Assembly (NCBI RefSeq): GCF_001194135.2
Contig: NC_068983.1
Coordinates: 139,247,604 to 139,289,102, forward strand
Source: Octopus bimaculoides
Taxonomy: Eukaryota
DNA length: 41,499 nucleotides
Direction: 5' to 3'
The notes under the pieces are model-generated. The model was not told the DNA's origin, did no database searches, and saw only the letters and a list, made by a program, of their open reading frames with translations. This document shows, one piece after another, positions 1-10,530 of the stretch (the first letter of the stretch is position 1; each line of letters begins with the position of its first letter). The position numbers and the translations under genes are program-made.

Positions 1-590
1 AGGTTGGTGTGTCCTAGCATATCTGCTGCTTCTTTTAGTTTTCGTATTTCCCAGTGGTGGTCTCTGTCTATTGTTTTAACTTCATCCCACAGGGGGAGGT
101 GGTTTTCATTTTTCCATACATGATCAGCTATACCCGATTTATTAATATCTTCATGTGTCACAACTTTGCGATGTTTGTCTACATCTATTTTGAGGGGGCG
201 GTATGTTTCGTCTTTGGATAACCTACCACAGCTGCATGGAATGAAGTACACACAGACTTTGGTCATGTTCTTTTCTATTGGTGGTTTTACTCGAAGGAGA
301 TATTTGCGAAGGGCTGTATTTGCGAAAGGTTGTATTTGCGTAGGTTTGTATTAGTCTTGAATACTGTCCTAATGTCTTATGGGCCGCATATCTTTTGTAT
401 CTTTTCGGAGAGGCCTTTCACATAGGGTAGACAGACTGTGGACAGTTTATTGGCCTCATCCTCTCTCTTCTTCATAATTGGAGTGAATAATATACTTTTG
501 GGGTAGTTGTTGCTTAACAGATCGTTATTGAGCTTGATCATTTCTTCGTGGTGTGTGTCTTCGCAAATGAAGAGAAACAGAAGTACCAAA
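1..590 (-). mobile_element. Penelope-like retroelement relic (Penelope/Poseidon type): RT C-terminus/linker plus GIY-YIG endonuclease, disrupted
   Basis: Minus-strand translation gives ...STVCLPYVKGLSEKIQKICGP*DIRTVFKTNT. After a frameshift it continues LRKYLLRVKPPIEKNMTKVCVYFIPCSCGRLSKDETYRPLKIDVDKHRKVVTHEDINKSGIADHVWKNENHLPLWDEVKTIDRDHHWEIRKLKEAADMLGHTN to the window edge. LPYVKGLSEKI, VYxIPCxCG, H...SGIADH...W and R.LKEA are typical PLE RT-linker/GIY-YIG motifs. Confidence 0.85.
301..352. repeat. Three tandem imperfect 16-bp units (TATTTGCGAAGGGCTG-like)
   Basis: Units at 301-316, 317-332 and 333-348, plus a partial TATT. Confidence 0.85.
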
Positions 591-807
591 ATACAATAAA
601 CGGAATTATTATGGCAGATGTCCTACTACCAGCGGAATTCAACAAGGACAACGAAGCGAACATCTATAGGGGAATAGCAACTGATCTAGATGAAAAGTCG
701 GTATTTCAACTACCACCAAAATATACCGTCTATAATAAGGTAAATAACATCCGATCCCTCTCTGAAATTGAAAAGTCTTTCACAAATTACGTTGGAATTT
801 AAACATA

Positions 808-1065
808 TACAACAACAACAACAACAACAATAACCACAGCAACAACAACAATCACAACAACAACATGAACCGTAGCGACAAAAACAACATGAACGACAAC
901 AACAGCAGAAACAACAACAACACGAACAACTACAACCGCACCAACAGCAGCAGCAATAACAACAGCAACAACGGCTAAAACGAACACACGAACACAAGCA
1001 ACATATACAAATACAAAAACAAAGAAAAAATCGAATGCAACAGCAACAGCAACAACAACAGTAAC
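808..1065 (+). repeat. Degenerate (AAC)n/(AGC)n trinucleotide tract (poly-Asn in the RT frame)
   Basis: Direct reading of the sequence. Confidence 0.9.
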
Positions 1066-1339
1066 AGGGGGAACGGACACACAGACACACACGCAGATAA
1101 CCGTAGGCACAAGGACACGAATGAAAGTAAGGTCATGGGGGGCATGAGGGAGGGTAAAGTTGAATGCAACAGAATTCTTGGACGGGGAGTCAGTGGACTT
1201 GAAACAGGAATCTCTGCTGCTAGGAACAGAAATAACAACCACAACAGGGGGGATGGCAGGGACCAGCACTAATACGAACAACACATACACCGACACCAAG
1301 TACAAAGAACAAAGAGAATATCACTAGCGGTAATCAGAG

Positions 1340-1575
1340 AGATAGTATTAGTGGTAGTTGTAACAGTAGTAGTAGTGGTGATGGTAGTAGTAGTAGTGGC
1401 GGTAACAATACTGGTAGTAGTAGTAATAGTGGTGATAGTAGTAGTAGTAGTAATAGTGGTGATAGTAGTAGTAGTAGTAATAGTAGTAGTAGTGGTGGCA
1501 GTGGCGATGGTAGTAGTAGTGGGGTTGATAATGGTAGCAGTAACGACGGTAGTGGTAGTGATAACGGTAGTGGGG
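1340..1575 (+). repeat. Degenerate (AGT)n/(GGT)n trinucleotide tract (poly-Ser/Gly in one frame)
   Basis: Direct reading; includes an internal repeated unit GTAGTAGTAATAGTGGTGATA. Confidence 0.9.
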
Positions 1576-4179
1576 AAGATAACCCTAGAAGGGCCAACAA
1601 CATGAATACCCACCCGTTGACACTCACTTCTTCAACATATGTGACAAATCTTACAACATGAGCCGTATTTACCCGACAACATTACCCTTTAACAAAAGGG
1701 TCAGCATCCCAAGACATACTAGTGACCACATGGAATCGCAATTCACTATAGCTTGGACCAAACTTAGATTTTAGAATTATAAACTAAGAGACAGAATAAG
1801 AGAAAGGCCCAACAACTCGGGAATATACATGCGTGTGGCCTACGTAAGCTCATGCAGCGCACGAGGAATGGAGAGGTGGTACGCCTTCCCACAGATAAGT
1901 CCGCGAAGACGTCGATAGACAGCTTGCCGAACTACATCCAGGCAATGCAACCTCACATCGCCAATACGAAAGTAACATCTTTACAGGCGCATGAGGGGAG
2001 AGAAGAGGTCCTCAACGCCCACATTATGATATGGACAATTGTTCTAGGAAACACACGGCCAACAATTTGCAAGCCTGGAACAACGATATCCCGACACTGC
2101 ATGGACCCCGCAAGGACTACAAAGTAACCACTGATCCTGTAGCCGGACCATCAACAAGACCAGTCTGTGGAGCGAGTATTGCTAGCAACTACAGGATCTA
2201 CTTCCTCTCAATGATCATACGCCCCATGATTCGGATGTCACCTGATGTTTGTGACAGCACGGAAGATCTCCTCAGCAGAATCAACGACTGTAACAACACC
2301 TGCGACTTCACAGGATGTATAGTGGGTAGCATGGATGTGGTATCCCTATACCCTTCTATCGACGAAGATTTTGCGGTAGAGAAGTGCGTGGAGATGACCA
2401 ACGAGATCGAATTGGAGTTCCCCAATGTGAACACAGAGGAATTGGGCCTCCTACTTCGACTGACATATGACAATGAATATCTAGACAAACATGACATTAG
2501 AAGTTTTTGCCCCAGTAGACGTTTAAGAGGATGACCACCCACAATTACTTCTATGGCTAGGAAGACCCCTCTAGAGGGATGGAGCGGATGGACCAGAGCC
2601 ATACAGATCCCCGCAAACGAATATCAAGTAAAGAAAATGATCGCCCAAGAACTAGGAGCTTGTATAAAAGTTACCCTAAAAGGCCACACGTTTAACAACA
2701 AAATATACGCCCAGAATGAGGGGGCAGCCATCGGGGTTAGTATCGCTGGTGATGTGGTCAACCTTTTCATGGTATGGTGGGACGGAAGGCTTAAGGAACG
2801 CCTGACACAGATATGCATCCTGGTGCCATTGTCAGTACAGTTTCATCAGGGTCCATTGTTTTATAGACATTGGAAGTTAAGCCGAAGGAATTAGCAAGCT
2901 CAGTGAATAAGGTGATGTCCAGAAGGTTTTGTTGTTACTATAAATAGTTGTAGTATCATTGACCCATTGTTCACACACACACACACTCACACATATGACA
3001 CTTTATGCATCATTGTATTCAAATGGGAGCCGAATTTACTTTCAGGAAACTTGATCCTTAGAACAGTGTCATCTAAATAACTAGTCTCTCGGTCAATTCC
3101 TGTCGAGGCACATTATAGGTAATATATCCTTATAGATTACGAATGTAATACTACATAAATAGATATAATTATGCATGATGTAAGCTAGCATTTCTAAAAA
3201 TATTTCTCAGTTTAACACAACACCAAAAAAAAAAAAAAAAAAAAAAAAAAANNNNNNNNNNNNNNNNNNNNNNNNNNNNNNNNNNNNNNNNNNNNNNNNN
3301 NNNNNNNNNNNNNNNNNNNNNNNNNNNNNNNNNNNNNNNNNNNNNNNNNNNNNNNNNNNNNNNNNNNNNNNNNNNNNNNNNNNNNNNNNNNNNNNNNNNN
3401 NNNNNNNNNNNNNNNNNNNNNNNNNNNNNNNNNNNNNNNNNNNNNNNNNNNNNNNNNNNNNNNNNNNNNNNNNNNNNNNNNNNNNNNNNNNNNNNNNNNN
3501 NNNNNNNNNNNNNNNNNNNNNNNNNNNNNNNNNNNNNNNNNNNNNNNNNNNNNNNNNNNNNNNNNNNNNNNNNNNNNNNNNNNNNNNNNNNNNNNNNNNN
3601 NNNNNNNNNNNNNNNNNNNNNNNNNNNNNNNNNNNNNNNNNNNNNNNNNNNNNNNNNNNNNNNNNNNNNNNNNNNNNNNNATTTTATAGCTTCGGATTCA
3701 TCCATATTTTATGAGTGAAAATGAATAGACAGAAATTGTATGGAAGTCTGTTGTATATATTGCACGTGTTATTCAAAAGATAGAATCTTGTCTCACACTG
3801 TGCCTTGTTGATTCTACCTTCAAACTACTTTAAGGGTATACATGTTTGTAGAATATTCAATCATCAACACGTCAATTTAGGAACTGGGAAGAACGATGGT
3901 GAGACATAACCAGTAGATATGCAGAATAGCGATATTTAAATTGTTTTTATGTAATGAGTTTAAACGAATGTAACTGGTACGTTTAGAAGAAATCAATATA
4001 TTTCATTCCACCATGAAAACCGATATCTTAGAAATAATTATTTATTTACTATAATAAAAGACTACCTCATTCAGTTATGTTCAGCTTTTAAACACCACAA
4101 GGGGTAATTTGACGTTCATCCCCAAGCGTCAATAGAATGATTTTTGCTTGTCACTATTGTTAAATTTGTTTCTCTCAAA

Positions 4180-4383
4180 TCGTCGACAGACAGTTGGCCG
4201 ACAGACAACTTACAGACAACACAATTGTATATTGTGACACAGTCTTGTTGGTAGACATATGGTGTTTCAGCAGCCACCCTCTTGATCTAGAGCAGCACAT
4301 CCTCCTCCAAGCACTTGATGTAGGCCTCGTGTTCAGTCAGAGGCCGTGTGGGAATTGTTTGTCGGCGAATTGTCTGTTGACGA
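4180..4383. mobile_element. MITE-like element with 31-bp imperfect TIRs enclosing a Tc1/mariner transposase fragment
   Basis: 4180-4210 pairs with 4353-4383 at 26/31. The interior on the minus strand reads TEAYIKCLEEDVLL*IKRVAAETPYVYQQDC, resembling the ...LPWI...YVWQQD second-Asp region of Tc1/mariner transposases. Confidence 0.6.
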
Positions 4384-4813
4384 ATTTTCTGCACACGAAT
4401 TTCACAGAACCATGACCCGAATCATTCAAGTTGTGATTTTTACCATCTTCATTTATAAGAGCTATTTCGATGAGACAGGTGTTTGTGATCTATTACAAAT
4501 TTGGCTACACATGGAGAGTATTCCGCAATGCAGTAAATACTATTATAGATAGGTCATTTCTTTGTTAAGCATGCAATGTAAATTTTGTTATCAAAATTTG
4601 TCAAATATATACTAACGCACGCAATATTTAAAACTCAATGCTAGAGGTGAAGATAGCACCCTGATGTAATGATTGTAATATGATGCACATTAATGAAACC
4701 AATTCCTCAGAACTATATAAAGTCGTGACGAAGCAAATAACGCAGTCAGAAGATTCATATGAGCAACACATTACACTATGCCATAATTTACCTTTAGATG
4801 AATTGAAAATATT

Positions 4814-5028
4814 CTTTTCTACTCAAGGCACAAGGCCCGACATTTTTTGGGGAGGGGGCTAGTCGATTAAATCGATCCCAGTACGCAACTGGTACTTAAT
4901 TTATCGACCCCGAAAGGATGAAAGGCAAAGTTGACCTCGGCGGAATTTGAACTCAGAACGTAAAGACAGACGGAATACCACGAAGCATTTCGCCCGGCGT
5001 GCTAACGATCCTGCCAGCTCATCGCCTT
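4814..5028 (-). mobile_element. tRNA-derived SINE, family A, full length with 17-bp target-site duplication
   Basis: Minus strand begins AAGGCGATGAGCTGGCAGGATCGTTAGCACGCC. It has B-box-like GAGTTCAAATTCC and a central TTTCATCCTTTCGGGGTCGATAAA (Meta-domain-like, inference). GATGAATTGAAAATATT is repeated at 4797-4813 and 5029-5045. Homologous to 26800-27010. Confidence 0.9.
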
Positions 5029-7199
5029 GATGAATTGAAAATATTTAAGGAGATGTGTACCAAAAATGTTGATTCGCTGTCATTAAGTGCTATGATTTGA
5101 AAGCATTTACACTGCAATAAAACCACAAACCAACTTTCAGAGTTTTTGCGTGAAACGGTTAATTTAATCCGCTGGGAGAATTACTTCTGAATTGATATAT
5201 TGTATTTATTAAGACATCCTTTAGAGCTGAACAGGCATTATAAATAAGTCACGAGGTGCTTAACCAAGTTGAGTCTCATTATAGTCGAATGCAAAAATGA
5301 TATTAAAACTAAACATAGCGGATCGCAAGCATCCCACGCCTAAGGTACTGTCCATAAGAATATGCACACTCATACATATATGTATGCATCTATCTATTTG
5401 TCTGTCTATCTTTAATACACACACGTGCACACAAACACACACACCTATTTATATATGAATACATGTGATATACATATACGCGTGTGTGTATTTCATATGC
5501 ATGAATGTATATATCTTCATAAATAAGTCGAGATCTACAAATATAAGTGTAAAGATATTAAACATACTTATGTTTAATATATCTTTTCACTTCATACAGG
5601 CATGTGTGTATGTCAAGAGCTATTTCGCTATCTAGCTATCTACCTATCTATCTATCTATCTATCTATCTATCTGTCTATCTATCTGCATACCTACAACGT
5701 ACATACATATGCATACATTCGTATATGCTCACTTATAATTATATGTATATAAACAGACACACAAACACAGAATTCACAGAATTCTATATACATCTATACA
5801 TAATGAAAACAGTAAAGTTGAAAATGCAATATTCATAAGAAGAATATTATTGTCAAGTGTAATGTTATTAGCAAGAAGTCGATAATTAATCGGCCGCATA
5901 TGTATGCTTTTAACATGATAAGAACGTGTGAGTGAATTATTTTCAAAGCTAGAGATAAATAAAATTGTTATATATTTGTGTGAATATGTGTATGTATATA
6001 TAATATGTATATACATACATATTATATATTTATATATTCTGCATATAATATCATTAAGTGATCAATATTAAAGAAATCAGCTGCCACGCTTGATTATATA
6101 GTCATTGTATTACAGGTTGCTCCTCTGCGAATTGATTATATTAATTCATACATTTTTTGTTCCCCCAGCCTAACAAACATCAAACAAACCGTCTGCTCAG
6201 GCGTGTAAAGTATGCAAATCAAAATCGAAAAGGTTGCAATACAAATTAAATGGCACAAGACCTGAGAAAAATAACGTCACGTTATCTCTGGCTACAGACA
6301 GTAAGCAGTGTGATTAGTCACTATGCTAATATACATGCATGTGTGTGTGTGTGTGTGTGTTTGTGTGTGATTTAGAAAAATGTTATTTCAAAACAGTAAA
6401 ATAACAAACATGATTGAAATCACATCTTAATAGTCTACTCAAGTAAGGCGCTGGCATGAGTGTTACTGCGCCGGATAAAATGCTCATCGGTATTTTTGCC
6501 CGACTTACCCAGTGCCATGTAATTGCTGGCCTTCTGACAACAATGTGGAACTAATATTTTCCTGAAGGATTGTATCCTTAAATCGTGTAGATGCCATTGA
6601 CAATGCACAACACGTGGAAAAGAGAGTTAAATATTTTTGGTACAAGGAAAGAAAGTTGCTATTTCTGTTTCGAATATTTGCAGTAGAGTTGTCTCAAATG
6701 GAAGTGCAGAATTCTTTGTTGGCGATGGTTAATTTGCCAGAATCATAGTCTACATTCACTCATTGAACAACTTATTTTGTGAAATGCATATTTAGTCGGC
6801 AGCGAATAATTATAGAGACGCCTATCCCTACATGGAAGCGTGATCATTAGGAATATCTTATTTAATTTCCAGATGTTATAAAAGCAAACGTCAATAGTAG
6901 GCAAAAAACTCCGAATTTATATGCGACCATAAACACCGACCACATATTTATGTAAATACATCGACAGACTCAGATATAGCCGGACGTAGGCTGACGCATA
7001 AAACTTATAGTTCGGATTGTCTGTGCATGCATGAGTGCATATTCATTTATAACACATCTGACCCATTTACATCGTTAAACAGTGCTGATATTCGGAAATT
7101 GCACTATTAGCTTGAATATTTATAAAAAGAATTCATATTTTGAGACTTGTTCGGTTATGATTCGACATGTAAAGGAGATTTGTGGGACTAATAAAAAAA

Positions 7200-8073
7200 A
7201 AAAAAAAAACTACAACACATGCCTATACATAAAATCGTACTGTTTTTAGCATAAATAAGCATAGATAGTTATGCATTCGTGGTCCTTTGTAAAAATTAAC
7301 ATGTGGATGTTTCCAGACTGAGTGCCGTTTTACTTCTTGAAAGAAAATTCCGTCAGTTATGTTGGATATTTCTCACAAAAACGACATGAAAATTTTCAGA
7401 GGTATAATGGAATATCTAGACGAGCGATTATCTACAACACGACATGTCTCGCTCCCACATCATTTTCTCTCTCTCTCTCTGCGTTTATATGTAGGTGCAG
7501 GATTGACTGTGTGGTAAGTAGCTTGCTTACCAGCCACATGGTACCAGGTTCAGTCCCACTGCGTGGCACCTTGGGCAAGTGTCTTCTACTATAGCCTCGG
7601 GCCAACCAAAGCCTTGTGAGTGGATGTGATAGACGGAAACTGAAAGAAACCCGTCGTATATATATGTATGTGTGTGTGTTTGTCCCCCTACCACTGCTTG
7701 ACAATCGATGGTGGCGTGTCTACGTCCTCGTAACAAAGCGGTTGGGAAAAAGTGACCGATAGAGTAAGTACTAGGCTTACAAATAGTAAGTTATTGTAAC
7801 TGCTAACTCTGCTTACACTATATATATATATAGTGTTGTAGATAATCGCTCGTCTAGATATTCCATTATACCTCTGAAAATTTTCATGTCGTTTTTGTGA
7901 GAAATATCCAACATAACTGACGGAATTTTCTTTCAAGAAGTAAAACGGCACTCAGTCTGGAAACGTCCACATGTTAATTTTTACAAAGGACCACGAATGC
8001 ATAGCTAGCTATGCTTATTTATGCTAAAAACAGTACGATTTTATGTATAGGCGTGTGTTGTAGTTTTTTTTTT
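7200..8073. repeat. Long inverted repeat: 231-bp arms (7210-7440 / 7833-8063) plus poly(A)/poly(T) ends, 392-bp spacer
   Basis: Base-by-base reverse-complement comparison gives 4 mismatches in 231 bp. The ORF track shows the same peptide from both arms. Confidence 0.95.
7493..7790 (+). mobile_element. tRNA-derived SINE, family E, 3'-truncated, with internal microsatellite
   Basis: Head TGTGTGGTAAG...GGTTCAGTCCCACTGCGTGGCACCTTGGGCAAGTGTCTTCTACTATAGCC, then (TA)(TG) tract and body. Related sequences occur at 9965-10530, 21115-21250 and 25895-26350. Confidence 0.8.
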
Positions 8074-9964
8074 ATAGTGTAAACAGAATTATAATATCCG
8101 AATGAGGGATAAAATATCCGTATGTACTATCCGTTACCCGTATTATACCTGGACAGTATTGTGCAGGCACACTATGCACGTAGTGTTCAGGTAACAACAG
8201 GATAAACAAGAATTTATCAGGATACAAATAATCAGAAAATGGAGAAAACCTCAGATTAACAAACACATCGATTGGATCACATTTATAGCTTATTTTTTTA
8301 TTACAAAGCATGACATAAATGGGTTACGTATCAAATCTTACGGCAGTTTCCGATCCACTGCCAAAGCGCTGTCAATAAATAAATGTGAGAACAAAGTTCT
8401 TCATCTTCATAGAGCATTCGAGTTAAGGCAAGGAGTTTCATCAGAGTAAGAAAAAAATACAAGAGCATACAATATAAACAAAGGGAAGAAGGAAAATGAA
8501 AGAAAGCGTGGCCTAGAAAAGAAGTCTAGGTACCCAATATATTAAAGGCATATAATCTATCATCTAGGAGCTAAAAAGGTCCGTAGGTAAAAGAGTAAGC
8601 TAGTAATGGTCTAAGGAATACTACAATTTATTTACCGGTAGTTTCAATTTAAGGTGGGGGCAAGATGTTTAAAGAAATTAAGAAAAGAAGTTATAAATAT
8701 ATATATATATATATAAGGAAAATTACTAACATGATTATCAAAGGGCGGTACCTATGCTAACGAAGTAAACTCAAGTAAATATATTCCAAACAATTACCGT
8801 AGGGTGCTTAAGAAACTTTACTCGCAGAAATTATTACCGAGAACTCCACGTATGGTCCACAATGGGGCAATTCTAACTCCAGCGGTCTCTACAATTGGTC
8901 AGGTACCATTTGAACCGCGGTCATAAGTTAAAACTGTTCAATGGATATGTCAATATAATAAACATGAAAAGAAAAAAGACAATGACATAAGTGGTGCAAG
9001 GCTGCTTATGTCCTTCACCAGCTAAACGTTATAACATGCATGAGGGAACAGTCAAAAGAGTAAGTAGCCTCGGTTTGTGTTTAAGGGGAGGCAACTAGTA
9101 CAGGTAATTCAGCGATTCAATTAAAGGTATGAGGAAATGATTTGGACTTAACCTCATATATAGCGAATTGTGGTAATAATTAGATATATACAGGTACGCA
9201 AGAAAAACCCATCTTCTAGGTACCCTACAATACATAAATATAAAGTTACTTACAATTAGGCGCTTAATATTTAAGACCAAATCATATGTTAATTATTATC
9301 AAATAATAAAACACACAAGTTGCCACAGTATACTAAAAATGCTTCATATGTATTACATAGTCGTTAAAGTTATATAGTTCCTATCATTATAAAACAATTG
9401 AAAAGAATATATTGACACAATATGAATACAATTAATACCTGGCCCACTGGCAAATTAGTACTATTAGTAAAGTTTCCTTAATTCAAACAATTTACTAAAC
9501 ATACTTAAAGAACAATAACAAAGATTTCCGGACATGAGTTAAAATAATAAAATAAGAACAGTAATAAAGGAGTGAAGAAAAAAAATATAGTGCGTGTGTT
9601 TATTTGGCAAAAAAAAAAAAAGAGAGACCGTCTCGAAATACAACAATATCTGTTTCAACAGACGATTTCATATCAGGAATCTTGCAAAACGAATTGATAA
9701 ACGTAAATTACCGCTAATCATCAATGTATCGATGCGAGTGTTCGTGTTTTCCTCGGTGAAAAAGAAAATTTAATCACTGCTTAGTAAATAATTTGGAAAT
9801 ATATCATTATAACTGAAAGCACAATTGCAAGTAAATAGTTACACATATATATAGATGCATGTATTTATATAAATGAGGCTTAACAGATTTAATAGGATGT
9901 CAGTTTTAACCGATTTCATGTGTGGCCAAGAATGAAAAAAATTCTTAGAAGGACGTCTTTAGCT

Positions 9965-10530
9965 TTTATCTTTTACTTGTTTCAGTTATTAGGCTTGCTG
10001 GGGACCTGCCTTGCTGCGGCCCTGCCATGCTGAGGCACTGCCTTGAAGCATTTTACTCGAATTACTCTCTCCAAGCACTTTCTATTTAAGGTTGGTACTT
10101 ACTATATCGACATCTTTTGCCGAACCGTTAGGTTACTGGGACGAAAAACGCCAGCACCAATGCATATATATGCATATATGACACACACACACACGTGTGG
10201 TTTGTGTAAGCGTGTAGCCTAGTGGCTAGAATTTTTCAATCACGATCGTCGGTCCCATTCCAGCACCGGTGCGTTGTGTTCTTGAGAAAAACACTTCATA
10301 CTACGTTGGTCCAGTTCACTCAGCTGTAAATGGATTAACCATGAGGCAGCATATTTTTTCGGTCAGGGAAAATGTTAGTGTGCTCACCGAGCCAGCGGGA
10401 TTATCTTCTACTAAATCCACTTATAAGGATTTGGTCGGACAGAGCTTATAGTAGAAAATATTCGCCTAAGGTGCCACGCAGTGTGATTGAACCCAGAAAC
10501 ATGGTGTTGGGGGAAATCTTCTTACCCGAC
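9965..10530 (-). mobile_element. Decayed family-E SINE interrupted by another SINE
   Basis: Reverse complement of ~10400-10530 matches the family-E head (CACTGCGTGGCACCTTAGGC...CTACTATA...CCGACCAAA). Reverse complement of 9965-10160 matches the body after the microsatellite and a CTGAAACAAGTAAAAGA tail. Confidence 0.65.
10205..10335 (+). mobile_element. Decayed 5' part of a family-L SINE
   Basis: TAGCCTAGTGGCTAG...TTGTGTTCTTGAGAAAAACACTTCAT...CCAGTTCACTCAGCTG aligns with the reverse complement of 38630-38761. Confidence 0.65.

Larger units (their letters stand above)
548..2815 (+). mobile_element. Penelope-like reverse transcriptase pseudogene, Naiad-like (long insertion between RT motifs A and B'), 3'-truncated before motif C
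   Basis: Frameshifted pieces read DEKSVFQLPPKYTVY...EIEKSFT(K)LRW, YNMSRIYPTTLPFNKRVSIP, GLRKLMQR...VVRLPTDKSAK, LHGPRKDYK, TRPVCGAS, GSMDVVSLYPSI (motif A) and FNNKIYAQNEGAAIGVSIAGDVVNLFMVWWD (motif B'). ORFs 2031-2534 and 2553-2894 share a frame, separated by one TGA. Similarity is lost near 2815 and no YxDD motif is seen. Confidence 0.8.

Noticed and set aside
710-1627. Poly-Cys, poly-Val, poly-Thr and poly-Leu ORFs on both strands
   Set aside because: These are alternative frames of the (AAC)n and (AGT)n tracts; only the RT frame has flanking conserved motifs.
6868-7060. Short inverted match CAGATGTTATAAA / TTTATAACACATCTG
   Set aside because: Only about 13 bp with an indel in AT-rich DNA; insufficient for a MITE call.
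7322-7951. Pair of ORFs with an identical 40-aa N-terminus
   Set aside because: A consequence of the inverted repeat; no protein motif, and non-ATG starts.
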